From NCBI GenBank assembly GCA_040437565.1, contig JBDOQK010000003.1, positions 682,001 through 746,000 on the forward strand: 64,000 nucleotides of DNA, in the 5' to 3' direction. The position numbers and the translations under genes are program-made. Positions 51,209-64,000 of the stretch are shown here, one piece after another (the stretch's first letter is position 1; every line of letters begins with the position of its first letter). The notes under the pieces were generated by a model, which ran no database searches, was not told the origin of the DNA, and saw only the letters and a list, made by a program, of their open reading frames with translations. Source of the DNA: Albugo candida (Eukaryota).

Positions 51209-51703
51209 ATGTCCAGCACATATTGCTTATACGGTAACCGAATCGGACTTTTATTTATGATCGCCACCGGAGCCGTATCTCAGCTGGCTTATTCTGTGAG
51301 CCTTTATGAGAGAATAAAAACAAGACTTGGCCTGGTCAATCACTTTATCATCCAAACGGAAGGGGAAAAGATTGCTCGAGATCAGAATATATGTGGCGAT
51401 TGTTTAGGGGGGGTAAATTTTCCAAATTTCGCGAATGTACGATTTGAAGATGGAAAGTATGTTTGGGCTGGAAGCGACATTGAGACCACGAAAACGGCAA
51501 TCGAGCAATGTCGGCAGGTCTGTTCTAAGCTGCAGCTCACGACTGAGATGATTTGTGATGCTGGTTTTGATGTGAGTAAACTTGAAAAGGAAAAGTATTT
51601 CATGCCAGGCCGGATCCACAAAGGAATATACTACGCACACTCAGACCTCAGCTGGGAAAAATTCGTTAACAGTCTCGAGATATTTATCTGCATAAGAGAT
51701 TAA
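51209..51703 (+). CDS. Small putatively secreted Cys protein (CHxC/CCG-like effector candidate 2)
   Basis: IGLLFMIATGAVSQLAYS signal-like stretch; CGDCL and CRQVCSKL motifs; intronless. Confidence 0.65.
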   Translation: MSSTYCLYGNRIGLLFMIATGAVSQLAYSVSLYERIKTRLGLVNHFIIQTEGEKIARDQNICGDCLGGVNFPNFANVRFEDGKYVWAGSDIETTKTAIEQCRQVCSKLQLTTEMICDAGFDVSKLEKEKYFMPGRIHKGIYYAHSDLSWEKFVNSLEIFICIRD

Positions 51704-52523
51704 AACTGGACGACCGATATTAATCATTCGCTAGATGTCTTGAAAACGTATTTTAATACAAGAAATGATGACACACTGACTGTTCTATTTCTGTTGTGCA
51801 CGACTGCGTTGCATGTCTGCACGTATCACTACGGGCTGTAAAAAATGGTAGCTCAATCTTCTTGCTATATCTCGCAAACGTTTGTTCGAGATACAGTAAC
51901 GTGATTCGTATAGATTCCTGAGTTGCCTTATGATCAATCGTTCACCGTCGTCCCGATGGCAAGTAAGTGTAGTGCGAAGAGCTAGTAGTGACTCATAGAT
52001 CACTAAGCCTGAGTCCTTCAGCTGCGAAACATATTCAACAATTTGGAGCTCACACTTACATCTTACAGGAAACATTCCGTCTAGCGCAATGACTGTAAAA
52101 GGTTAGGGATCTACGTACATCAAAGATGGGATGATGCGGAGTCAGCATAGCTTGTTACAACAAACCATGACATGTAGGTAATGTAAGGAATGACATGTAT
52201 GCGCATTGACATATTGCTTGCTGCATTGAAATGACTATCTTTGTCTAGGAAATACAGTCTTCCGTTGGATCGAGATGTGTCAACCTAGATGATTAAACGA
52301 TAGTTTGAATGACAACGTGACTCAGGCGTATCGGTCGCGCACGAATACTTGATGAAAAAATCATTAGTTCCGTAGCGACTGCTAATAAGGAGTCCACTGT
52401 AGTCCAGCCGCAATGAATCGACGAGCATTAGCACGACAAGCAGCCAAAAATGCTGTCCCAGAGTGCTCGATTGCATTGACTCGAGAAGCACATCCTGAAC
52501 ACAATGTCATTTGCAAGAAAGCC

Positions 52524-53690
52524 ATGGCGATTGACAATATTTCTCGTAAATTAGATGAGCAACTGCAAAGTAATGATTATTACGGCGCTTTACAGATGTA
52601 TAAGACATTGTTCATGCGGACACTTAAAAGCGAAGAATCGGTGAAGCAGCCAACTCAATCTATCGAATTGGCTTCAAAGGCTTCTAAAACACTGTTGAAG
52701 CATAAGCAAGCAAGCGCGGCAGCCGAAATGGCTAACTTAATGCTCACCGTCTTCACTGATTATCACTACAAAGTTGATGAGTATACAAAAAGTTCGCGGC
52801 CATTTCTTAGTGAAGTCGTATTTCATACTTAACAGTTTTTCTGATTCTAAGACTTGATATCCAGCATCAATGACGCATTTGTGGCTGAGGGAGACTTCAG
52901 TAAGGAGCTTGCAAGTTTTTTGCAAAATGCAGTCAAGTACGAGCGTATGCTTGATGTTAAATGAGATGCGTTATCGAATTTATAATCACTTGCGCAGGTG
53001 GTCCGCAGCCGAAGGCACAAGAAAACACGGACATCCTCAGATCCAATTATTCTTAGCGCGAGCATATTTCAGGGGAGGAGATCACAAGCAAGCAGCAAAG
53101 CATTATCTACATGCGGAAAAACCTGAGGAGTTTGCTGATTTTTTACTCCACTGGTCGAACGAAGGATATCCCAGCGAAGTTGACCTATATATTGCTCGCG
53201 GCGTACTTCAGTAAGGCAGACGAGCATACTCACATGTAATCGTCGGATACTAAAGTCCTTGTATATTTTCCAGGCTGTTGTGTTTGGAAAACTTGAAAGA
53301 TGCAAACAAGCTTTTTGAAACATTTCACGTTAAAGCCAAGCTGGAGAATGTCACGTTGGAAACACCATTGTGTCACTTTATTCGGTTTTTGCTGGTAACG
53401 CTGGAGGTTTGTTGCGTAATAACGGGAATCAGAGGATACATCTATCATGTGTGTTTCAGAGAGACGCTTTACCGTTGTACCAACTTCTTCAGGATCGATA
53501 TGCCGCAGCTCTGGCACGAGACAAATCTTTCGAGAAAGTAAGTTTCATTTTGCTGAATGCATTTACCACGATACTCATTCAGCGATTTGAACAGTATCTC
53601 GAGAGAATCGGCGTAAATTATTACGGCGTCCAGCCTCAGCAGTCTGGTCTCAATTCTATCCTTGAAATGTTTTCTCGAGGTGTTCAGTAA
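52524..53690 (+). CDS. GET4: Golgi-to-ER traffic protein 4 (TRC35), multi-exon
   Basis: DYYGALQMYKTL, HGHPQIQLFLAR, GYPSEVDLYIARGVLQLLCL, YLERIGVNYYG. Confidence 0.88.
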
Positions 53691-54232
53691 TGAAACCAGC
53701 AATACAGATCTCAGAATTTTTTCTTTCGTCATCACACATTCCAGAAGAACAAGTCTAGTCCCCGTGGATACCTGAAGTATTGTCTGTTACCCCATTCTGA
53801 GCCATAACCGTGAATATATCTGTGAGTGATCGTCGGCCGTCGGCCTACGTTACTCTGAGGAAGTTTCATTTTGGAATCAACGGCTTGGGTAAGCTAGGCT
53901 TGTTTCATTATATATGACTGTGGCCGATATCGAAGCAAAAGTAATCTTGTGGTAATATTTCATCCACAGGAATTTCTTGCCNNNNNNNNNNNNNNNNNNN
54001 NNNNNNNNNNNNNNNNNNNNNNNNNNNNNNNNNNNNNNNNNNNNNNNNNNNNNNNNNNNNNNNNNNNNNNNNNNNNNNNNNGTGGTAATATTTCATCCAC
54101 AGGAATTTCTTGCCTTTCGTGAAGGCTACCTACGATCCAGCATTGACAATCATAAGTTAACCGTCATTTATCGGTTAGAACTTCAAAGCCAATCAAGCAA
54201 GAACGTTTTCAAATCGCTTGCTTTGTGTACAA

Positions 54233-55624
54233 ATGAGTGCGAATCCTCCAGAAGGTGACGGGGTGGATATTATGAGTAACTCTACTGGTGATAAATGCGA
54301 CGGATTTTCTGGCGATCAGACGTTTGAGCAGCTTGGTGTAGATGCAACATTATGTGAAGCCATTGCATCTTTAGGATGGTCAAAGCCTAGTAAAATCCAA
54401 CAGGAAGCTATTCCACATGGTCTAGCAGGACGTGATCTTATTGGACTTGCTGAGACTGGCTCCGGAAAGACAGGAGCGTTCGTTATTCCTATTTTACAAT
54501 CTTTGTTGCGCTCACCCCAGCGGCTGTACGCTCTCGTTTTGGCACCAACACGTGAATTAGCATATCAGATTAGTGAACAATTTGAAGCATTGGGTGCATC
54601 AATCGGGCTGAAATGCGCCTGTGTTGTAGGTGGAATCGATATGATGAATCAACAGATTGCTTTGGCCAGAAAACCGCATATCATTATTGCCACACCTGGT
54701 CGACTGGTTGATCATCTGGAAAACACGAAAGGCTTTAGTCTACGAACGATCAGATTTTTGGTGTTAGATGAAGCGGACAGAATGCTAAGTATGGATTTTG
54801 AAGAAGAAATCAATCAAATTGTGCAATTAATGCCGAGCGAAAGAAATACTTATTTATTCAGTGCTACCATGACGTCAAAAGTTGCAAAGCTGCAACGTGC
54901 ATCACTGCTAAATCCCATCAAAATTGAAATAACTCACAAATTTGCAACACCAGAGAATTTACGCCAGCACTATCTTTTCATCCCCGCAAAATTTAAAGAT
55001 TGTTATCTATCCTACATTCTCAACGAGGTCGCGGGACAATCAATCTTGATCTTTGCAAGCACATGCAATGGAACACAGCGAGTAACACTGATGCTGCGAA
55101 ATTTGGGATTTCAGGCAATTTGCTTACATGGTCAAATGTCGCAACCAAATCGGCTCGGAGCTCTTAACAAATTCAAAGCAAAAAGTCGCAAAATTCTAGT
55201 CTGCACGGATGTGGCAAGTCGAGGTCTGGATATACCAAGCGTCGATGTAGTGATGAATTATGATATTCCAACGCATGGTAAAGACTACATACATCGAGTC
55301 GGGCGAACTGCGCGCGCTGGACGCGCTGGTATTGCTGTCTCATTAGTGACCCAGTATGATGTTGAATTATATCAGCGGATTGAGTTTTTGCTAGGAAAGA
55401 AACTGGACGCGTACCCGTGCGATGAGCAAACTGTCCTGGTAATGCAGGAACGTGTAGGGGAGGCTCAACGCATCGCTACAAATGAAATGAAAGAACTTGC
55501 TAGTAAGCGTGGCAAGCGTCGTGATCGTGAGTCTGATGACGACGATATTGATGCACATCATGCGCGCGCTAAAAATTACAAGTCAGCTAAGCGCCTAAAG
55601 AAAACAAAAAAGAAGCGTTCTTGA
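54233..55624 (+). CDS. DDX47: DEAD-box RNA helicase DDX47/Rrp3
   Basis: [51 protein letters not shown]. Confidence 0.95.
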   Translation: MSANPPEGDGVDIMSNSTGDKCDGFSGDQTFEQLGVDATLCEAIASLGWSKPSKIQQEAIPHGLAGRDLIGLAETGSGKTGAFVIPILQSLLRSPQRLYALVLAPTRELAYQISEQFEALGASIGLKCACVVGGIDMMNQQIALARKPHIIIATPGRLVDHLENTKGFSLRTIRFLVLDEADRMLSMDFEEEINQIVQLMPSERNTYLFSATMTSKVAKLQRASLLNPIKIEITHKFATPENLRQHYLFIPAKFKDCYLSYILNEVAGQSILIFASTCNGTQRVTLMLRNLGFQAICLHGQMSQPNRLGALNKFKAKSRKILVCTDVASRGLDIPSVDVVMNYDIPTHGKDYIHRVGRTARAGRAGIAVSLVTQYDVELYQRIEFLLGKKLDAYPCDEQTVLVMQERVGEAQRIATNEMKELASKRGKRRDRESDDDDIDAHHARAKNYKSAKRLKKTKKKRS

Positions 55625-55920
55625 GCTCACAGAACACGCGAAAAGTAGCAAGGAAACACTGCGAATATAGATACCCCTTGTGCTTGATACTCAACGTCAG
55701 AGCAATACACCTGTGCTGAACCTTACCTATAGTCCGACTGGCAGTCATTACAGTGGACTTCGAAGTCAGGTGATTGCGATATTCTTCAGACTGGTTCTCA
55801 TCACTTCGATTCTGTATCTCGCAGTCAGTTACCTATCCAGCCACAATCAACTCGAATTCTTTTTTTCAATGTCAGAATTCTCATTGCATATTTGTAATCA
55901 AAGACTTTGTGAGAAGCCTG

Positions 55921-58167
55921 ATGCTGAGAGTTCATTACATTTGTGCCACGCTGATTTTGCATTTCTCGGCGTGCGTGCTTGCTTTCACAAAATACAAGAC
56001 TTCATCCGGACTTCGTGAATGGGTTGATTTATCAACACCTCGAAGAAACAAGTTTCATACAACCTCACGCGGAGAAAGATGGGAACTCGTAATGAGTGAC
56101 GAATACAACAAGCCAGGACGCTCATTCCGACCTGGAGATGATCACATGTGGACATCAATTGAAAAACCCGATGGTGTCAACAATGCTCTCGAGCTGTACT
56201 CTCATAATATGACTTCGACAACCTGCGACAAGTATGGTAAAACGTGTTACTTCCAAATCAAAATTGTCGATGAAGTCAACACAATCCGAGTTTGGAATAA
56301 TTACCAGAGCAAACCTGGGTATCAAAACGCATCATTTGTAAGTTTCTATACAGATTGTCGATCTCAATTTAATCATAATGATATTTGACTAGTATTATCG
56401 CGCTGGAATGGTGCAGTCGTGGAATAAGTTCTGCTTCCAGGGAGGATTACTCGAAGTACGCGCCCAACTACCAGGCGTTGTGAGCGAGGAGTCAGGCAAT
56501 CCAGATATTTCTGGAGGACCACATGCACGAGTGGAATCTATCATGTACTATCCAACATGGCCTGGTATCTGGATGCTAGGAAATTTAGGCCGTGCGATTT
56601 TTAGTGCTTCCACAAATCGCATATGGCCTTTCTCATACAACGAGTGTGATGATAATGTCTTCAATTCAACGAATCAGCGCATCAGTGCATGTGATGATAA
56701 CCCCGGCCATGGACTGAATCCAAATCAGGGACGTGGAGCCCCTGAAATCGATGTACTTGAAGGAGCGGCGGATCTTGTTTCAGCTTCTGTTCAGATTGGT
56801 CCCGGGATGCCCAAGAACTTTCGACGCTATGGTGATGGGAATGATTGTGTTTACACTGCCTCTTGTAGTATACTTGGCGGGAACGATATTGAAGTACCAG
56901 CAAGCGTTTACATCGAAAAACGCGGGCACCGATCGTGGTATCAAGGACTTAAGTATGCTGCAAATAACTTATGCAAACCAAGAAGGAAAGAGAAGCAGAA
57001 TATCTTCAGAATCAGAAAATCTATGCAGCGAGGTCTCAATGTTACGAAATGTGACTCTGATGTTTGTCCAGCCTCATACGATGTGAATGGTGATTTAAGT
57101 ATAATGAGAGAAAAACATCCAGATCGCTGGGGAATCAATTCCAACGGGACATGTTTTTCCAAACAGAATCCTTATTTCGGAGCATTCTTATGCAATCCAG
57201 GTAGTAAGAATGAGTATTGCGAAGATCAAGGATTGAAGTTACCCGAAAATAAAAATCTTAAACAGTTTGCTTATCAAATGGATGCGATATCAGCAAACTG
57301 GCATCTTCACGTGGGAGCTTATACGGGCTACGTTGCATATCAGATTGAATGGTTAGTGTTCTCTATATCTATTTTTTCTGTAGTATCATAATATGCTTTT
57401 TTAGGGTCATGGGTGAGACCGGATATGTCCGATGGAGCTTAGAGGGTCAACCACTGTATGAAATTCCGGCAGAGTCAATCACTGATGTCCCTCAGGATGC
57501 GGCAAAATCAAATCCAAGAAAAGTCATGGTTGAAGAGCCAATGTACATAATATACAATGTTGCTCTATCAGCCAAGTGGCGAGCTGCACCACCCAATGCG
57601 GGCCTTGGTCCTTGCCGTGGGAATGGATCAAATGACACGGTGAATAAAATCTGCGACGAATTTCCTCTATACATGAAAATCGATTATATCAGATTGTACC
57701 AAGATACCGGGAAAAATTCAAGTATGACCACCGGATGTGACCCACCAACCCATCCAACAAAGAGATGGATTGATGATCATATAGATGAATATGAAGATTC
57801 TGAGAATTTGTGGATCCCTGTGCAAGGATTGGCTTTTTGTAAGCGTGATGCCGACTGTACAGTGCCTCTGAATGTATCAGGAGGATATACTGGTCGCTGT
57901 GTAGAAGGACGCTGCAGATGCTCCACGTTATCATGGGGTGGCCCGAGATGCATTAGCCCGTACGCTGCTACAGCTATAATTACTTTTGGACCACCTTTTA
58001 CGGCCCATTTGGGCGTTGCTGCTGCTGTGGCTTTGTGTACTATGTTTAGCATATACTATTCATGCATTGAGTCACAAAAACGAAAAGCGGAGATGGCAAG
58101 GGTTAGACAGCTGAAGGCTGCTACTACGGGCTATGGGAATACAGGGAACAATCCAGCTAAAAGGTAG
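55921..58167 (+). CDS. KRE6/SKN1 beta-glucan synthesis-associated GH16 protein with EGF-like region and C-terminal TM, 3 exons
   Basis: Signal peptide; WELVMSDEY, GMVQSWNKFCFQGG, WPGIWMLGNLGRA, RGAPEIDVLE (GH16 catalytic motif), EEPMYII, IDYIRLYQ. Confidence 0.9.
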
Positions 58168-58792
58168 TGACGCTCCGATGGATGAATTGATATCAAGACT
58201 CTTCTTTCGCTGCTAAACACTCAACTGGTGGCACGATTCGGAGATTGACACAGACAAGTTTGTTAATGTGCCTTGCTGCTCAACTTATATTAATCACACA
58301 TTTTCGACAAGACTTGATAGCCTCAAATAAAGACTTTTCGTTTTGCTTCAAGCGTAGTAGTGTAATGCCTTCCCATTCTGTCAAATAAGCCTACGACGCT
58401 CTATAATCGGACTTCAGGACTGAAATGCGAGTTTTTGATAAATCGGATCGCAAATATGCCAAATACTTGCATAGGGAAGCGTTGTTAATGTGAAGGCATC
58501 GTCGAGAGTTTTCTGATGGTGAACGTCGTGAATCGTATTCAAACTACACTTTGCCGATCGCGATCGCGTAGCTGTAAATTGACTTGTGGAAAGGAGGAAC
58601 AAAAAGTAAATTCCGTTCTATCTTCGCTGCATCGCAGAGAAATCGAACATGTCCCCATCTGTCACACTCCTGATCAGATTTTTATGATGCACCTGTGCTG
58701 CTTAGCGATGGGAAGTTAGGTCACAAAAGCTTCCTAAATAAAAATCTCGTAGAATGCAATGTACATTAAATTGATAGCTTTACCCCCAAATA

Positions 58793-60170
58793 TTAATCAT
58801 TTTCATGCTGCTCCTTAAAAACTTTATCTGCGTAAGCACAAAGGATAGGCGGTGCAGCGCCAGCGCCATGAGCATGTTTCGAGTGAGCCATGCACATTCC
58901 CTGTCGTTGCGCCCATTTATCGCATCCTAATAATGTACACTTGGCACCTCCACCATGCTTTCGACATAATCGTTTCAAGTGAGCTTTTTTCTCACACCCG
59001 GGAACAATGCAAGGTCGTCCACCACCGTGCATTTTACAGCGTCCATGACTTTGCGCAGCCCGGGTACAATTAGATTCCTGACACCTCGATCCACCTCCAT
59101 GACGAATGCATAAACCCCGACTTTGCACGCTCTTCGTACATCCGGGAAAAGAGCAGCGCTTTGAGCCACCGTGTCGTTTACAGCGGTGGAATGCACGAGC
59201 TTGACTTTTACATCCTTCAACACAGCACAGTTTTCGGCGGTCGGGTGACATCTTCGGACTTCGTGGAGCCAATACTTTGATATCATTCAGGCAAATCTCG
59301 CTTTTTATCGTGCACGAGGTGTCATATTCTCTCTCCATGATTTGTCTCGAAAAATTTGGCAGCTGCATAATGGAATTGATCGAACGAGACGATACTGTGT
59401 TTGTTGATGGCGCTGTTGGAGTATTGTCGTACAATGATGATACATTTTCGAATGCATGATGTGCGTTCAAGTTAGAAACATAGTTGGGATTAAATGCACT
59501 CATAGCATGCATATCGTAAGCAAACTGCTGAGTAGTGTTATTTGGTGAACAAAATGCGTTGACTCGTCCTTGTGAATTATAAGGGTATCCAGGAATGCCT
59601 ATCGGAAAGGATAAACTTCATATTTATCAAAAGAGGTAGTTGTATTCGAGGCGTACTTTCAACAATGGGGAAGCCTTCGTTTTCGTTCCTCATCTGATAA
59701 TGTAATTGACCGCTGAGAGGTATAGGCATCATTGTTGTATTGATGCTAGTCGATCGGAGATCATTGGGATACGCTATGGGTGACATTCTAGCTTGATCAT
59801 TGGCAAATAGTTGATGTAGTTCAGCGTGAGTCGAATCGTCCAAAAGCACTTGAGAATTGTAAGATGCTGGAATGCTGGAGTAAGCTGTTGTTGAGATCGC
59901 CGAATGATTAGATTGAATCACGTCAGGTGATGGACGGAACTGCATCGGTATTGAAGGTTCCGATTGGTTCTGCGTTCTTAAAACGAAAGTGGATGATGAC
60001 CTTTGCCCACGATTGCAAAAACTTTCGGATATATCCCGTGGAAGCTGTGCAATGTCGTTTAGAGTGTCTGGACTCCCATGTGCCTTCTGTTCATATAAGG
60101 CATCGAACATAAGCGCCGTTTGACCATATTCACTTGTTCCCTGTGCATCCGAATTACTTGACCAGCTCAT
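58793..60170 (-). CDS. Protein with five C-x4-C-x9-C-x2-H(GG) zinc-finger repeats (WRKY19-like repeat family)
   Basis: 24-aa repeats such as CSFPGCTKSVQSRGLCIRHGGGSR; upstream low-complexity exon; start codon uncertain. Confidence 0.8.
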
Positions 60171-61199
60171 GGGACGGAACGTACAAACAAGCAGAAGAAA
60201 GGGAAAGATCCTATACTTTTGATGCGCGTCTCGCGAATTTGTTCTCTCCCAGACGGACAATTGGAGTTGGTGTGAAGAAATCCACGTAAGATTAAAAAGT
60301 GACGAGCATGGCTCGTCCCGAAGCATTTCACCATATAAACCTACACACGTAGACACAAAGAATTATTTGGGACGAGCCACGCTCGTCACTTTTCAGTCTC
60401 CTAAATTGGAGTAATAGGATCACATCAAACTTCCACAAATATGCAAGTATACGAAAACTCCAACACATGTGCACCTTCGTGGATGTTGACTGATCTCATT
60501 ACTCAAACTTGGGTGTAATTTTGATCAAATACGCTTACCTAAAAAGTAGGACTACCGATTGCCGTTCGACATGTCACCATTGTTGGAAAAGATGATTGAA
60601 AGGAACTAACCACACGAGTCGACGCTAAACTCGCTTTCTAATTGCCTTTCAGTCAAATGAACGCCAAATAATGTATGGAGGTCCAAGTTTTTGTTTGGTC
60701 ACGCGATATGGATTGCTTTGCGCGTTTTCGACGAATCAGATAAAGCGACAAGCTCGACTGTCGAACGTCTGAATTGTCACAGACAATGAAAGGGTCATTC
60801 AGACGGAATGTCGACAATCCGTTTGATGCATCATGTTGGTGGATTGATTGATCATCAATATGGTTGAGCGTCATTAGTGAAGCATGACTGAGCTCATCAA
60901 TCCGCAATACTTGACCTAATTGTTGCATGCTTACATATAGTGCAAGTTTACCTATTTAGACAATGATGGCTTGTATACTTTGCAATACGTGGAGTCCTTC
61001 TGTAAATTGTTACATTCTAACAAGTTTATCGTCGCCTAGGTTTGGGAGTCGAGCATTGCTTTGTGAACCCGTGATTCATTTGGTGATAAGTAGTCAGTGG
61101 CAGACGTACAAGAATTACAGCTCAAAAACGCCGAACAGAAATCTCATGATAAAGAAGGAACCTGGCAACTTTTTATCATAATATTAGGCCGACTTCGAA

Positions 61200-62077
61200 T
61201 TAGATTTCTACCTCCGGACCCTCATATTTATCAAATATTTCTTGTAAGTCTCTCCTTTCTTGTTTTCTAGCATCTTCTTTTCGTTGCGACCTTCGGCTCC
61301 GTTCTTCAGGTTGAAATGAGTAGTGCGGTGGATTCATGTTTGAATTGTTTGGGGGAGGGGATGGAAAATAGTTATCTGGGGAGTTAGCAGAGAATCTGTT
61401 TTCAAAAAAGCCAAAGTGGTTTGACCCGAAAAAATCTGCAAACGAATTGAGCGATAAAACCCAAATATACGATAGACTCGGTGGAGTACCTTCAAATGGT
61501 CGCAACATTTCTTGTTGAAAAAAATCAAACGGACTCATTGAGCCTTGCGTGTCACTTTCTCTACGATAAAAGCTTATACACAAAGACCACGGTGGGTATT
61601 CTATATCGCACCGTTCATGAAAAGGATCAAACCCGCGAAAGAGCATTCCAATATCACTGTGATTTGATTGAGATGGATACAAAAGATTGAAACCATACAA
61701 AACTTACTTATCTTCCAATGGGAAGACTTCGGTGCCGAAATGGTCAATTCCGTCTCCTTGGTCCTCAGTCGCGTCTTTGTGCTCCGATATCAGCCTCTAT
61801 ATTGCAGTGTGAGAACACTGAATCGCATTTGCATCAAAGTTGTGATACTTTTCTCTCGTTTGGACATTGCCGGAAAATCTTTCGTATGAATTGACACTTC
61901 TTGTCGCCATTGATAACTCGACAAGACGAACTCAGCGCAGTTGAATAAAAGCACTCTATCAAAGTAGGGCTACAATAATTATTTATTTGCAAAATTATCA
62001 CCAACATTAGCATCACCAGGATGCTCTGCTCGATCGCGCTGTAGCAGAGATTGTTCTTCGTCTGTAAGCGCTGACAT
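61200..62077 (-). CDS. Hypothetical protein, Fra a 1/Mal d 1-associated-protein-like N-terminus
   Basis: Spliced MSALTDEEQSLLQRDRAEHPECFYSTALSSSCRVINGDKKCQFIRKIFRQCPNERK; F/P-rich middle; C-terminal GPEVEI*. Confidence 0.5.
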
Positions 62078-62202
62078 ATTCGACGCTACCTCAATTATCG
62101 CAAAATTACTGGCCCGCCCTCCATTAAAGCAGAATGGCTCAATTGTCGGATATAATTATAACTCGGAGCATTTGAAGGCCAATTCAGGATGTGTTTTATT
62201 TA

Positions 62203-63727
62203 TTAAGTTAGCATTCCTTTCGTACTTGGGATTCCAGCGGTACCATCAAAGCTTACAGCGCTGCGTAGCGCGACAGCAAAAGCTTTGAAGGATGCCTCGG
62301 CACGATGATGATCATTCCGACCACGTAGTACGTCCACATGTACGGTGATTCTAGCAGCAGACGAAAATGAGTGGAAGAAGTGAGGCAGCATCTCGCATGA
62401 TAGCGCGCCAATATTTGGACGCGTGAGTGCCAAATTGATCTCGCTGTGTGGTCTACTGGAGATATCAACAACTGCCCGAGAAAGTGCTTCGTCTAAAGGA
62501 ACGCACGCGGAGCCAAAGCGTGATATGCCGTGTCGATTTCCAAGGGCCTAACACATTGATTCATTGAGCACGTATATTTGTAACAAGGGGACGGGTAGAA
62601 TTACTTTGTCAAATGCCTCTCCGAGTGCTAAGGCACAGTCTTCAGTTGTATGATGGTCATCAATGTGCGTGTCTCCTTCACACGACAGGCTTATATCAAA
62701 TCGACTATGTTTGGACATTGCAGTGATCATGTGATCGAGGAATCCAATCCCAGTCTTAATCTGCGAATACATACACTAGTAAGGTGTGTGATCAAGATCG
62801 ATTTGATACGTGATCTACCTCAGATTTCCCCGTTCCGTCGATGTAGACTTCAGCATCGATAGAAGTCTCTTTCGTTTTCCTTGACACAGTTGCCATTCGT
62901 TTCAAGGAAGCGAACTTTGCATTTTTTGGTATGACATCCAGAAGCTCAGCAACACCCGGTTTTAGTATCCGTGTGGCACCGGCTGCCTTCAAGGACGATA
63001 TGTATCCAGTTTCAGCTTGAGCATCAATGAATTGTGCGTAAGCTTGTGGTGTCATGACGCCGCACGAAACCACTTTTGCTTTGCTTGCGGCGACAATATC
63101 ATCAACTGTGTCGCCTAGCATCAATGCTTCATGCGGATTTACACCTAGCTTTTCCAGTGCCAAGCGAATTGGTATTGGCGATGGTTTGAGATCACCGTCT
63201 TCCATGCAAACAAGCACTTTGAAAAATTGCTCCAGACTACGTCATAAAAAATGTTAGACATCGTGATGTACGACCTACATCGTTACAAGTACGTACTCGT
63301 GCGATCTGAGAAAAGTCATGCAGTCTTTTCGCGGTCGTCCAGTGACCACGGCCATACCCGAAGGTAGTCGATCACTGAGTTCCGCAAGTAATCCTTTGGC
63401 AACTAACAAGCTCTCCAAATTAAATAGACCAGATTTTTCGCTGGTACCCTGGTATAAATCTTCAAATTTCGAGGTGACCTCATCGAGAGAGGGCAAGCTG
63501 CAGGATTTTTCCTGAATGAGACTAGCGGCATTATGTATGAGGCGATAGGTAAGATGCCAGTCGTTATTGGCATCACCCAGCAATTTAAGCTTCTCGATCT
63601 CGTCATTCGACGTGAGAACTCCAAAGTGTTTCGCCGTTCCAATAATCGCTGCGCGATACGATTGTGATACATCGGCCAAGACGCCGTCCATATCCCATAA
63701 CAGAGCTTTGATTGTGCCGTCAGTCAT
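62203..63727 (-). CDS. HIS3: HAD-hydrolase fused to imidazoleglycerol-phosphate dehydratase (histidine biosynthesis)
   Basis: HAD motifs [16 protein letters not shown] and GDTVDD; IGPD motifs [42 protein letters not shown]. Confidence 0.92.
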
Positions 63728-63792
63728 AATTGTAACCAGTCAATTTAACACGAAATAATGCTCAAATTATTTATATAAAGCGCAGCTACCTC

Positions 63793-64000
63793 CTACTCAT
63801 CAAGCTGCGTCGTCCAATCGAAAGAAGGCCATTGCGATTTGAATTCAGATTTTTCCTTGTTCTGGTCAAAAAAATCATCTATTGTGCTTTCCTCCTCAGC
63901 AGCATCCTGTTCCGATGATTCTGCCATCCCCTTGATAACGTCAAGACCAAACTGACGAGAAAATTTCGATTCGTTCTCGATAATATGAGCGTATCCTTTG
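63793..64000 (-). CDS. CWF19L2: CWF19-like 2 splicing factor, C-terminal end (partial)
   Basis: KGYAHIIENESKFSRQFGLDVIKGM...FKSQWPSFDWTTQLDE* matches the CwfJ C-terminal pattern. Confidence 0.75.
   Translation of the reverse strand, partial: KGYAHIIENESKFSRQFGLDVIKGMAESSEQDAAEEESTIDDFFDQNKEKSEFKSQWPSFDWTTQLDE

Noticed and set aside
63991..64000. GTATCCTTT resembling a U12 5' splice site
   Set aside because: Lies on the strand opposite the CWF19L2 coding sequence

Overview
Eukaryotic, gene-dense oomycete scaffold. Short GT-AG introns, oomycete INR-FPR core promoters, retained flagellar genes and CxxC secreted proteins point to Albugo (white rust); this assignment is inference. The window holds about 22 intact or partial genes: MINPP1-like phosphatase (partial), DNAAF1, VKOR, a CID+CCCH protein, an acylated TBC-like protein, an FHA/cNMP protein, TRAPPC13, PTH2, RPL23A, a very large VPS13, IPC synthase, a CENP-B/pogo-type DNA-binding protein, DRC2/CCDC65, a PQBP1-like protein, DDX3, two paralogous small secreted Cys proteins, GET4, DDX47, KRE6/SKN1, a C3H-GG zinc-finger repeat protein, a Fra a 1-associated-like protein, a HAD-IGPD fusion and CWF19L2 (partial). 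There is also a decayed ABCB6/HMT1-type ABC transporter pseudogene. Fourteen 100-N scaffold gaps mostly have duplicated flanks, which are assembly overlaps and in places apparently allelic. The most interesting observations are a ubiquitin-C-terminus-like leader (LHATIRLRGG) on DRC2, a pair of CHxC/CCG-like effector candidates in a gene-sparse island, a membrane-anchored multi-FHA/cNMP protein, a DDE-less pogo DNA-binding gene, and the ABC pseudogene. Exon boundaries were read by eye and no database searches were run.
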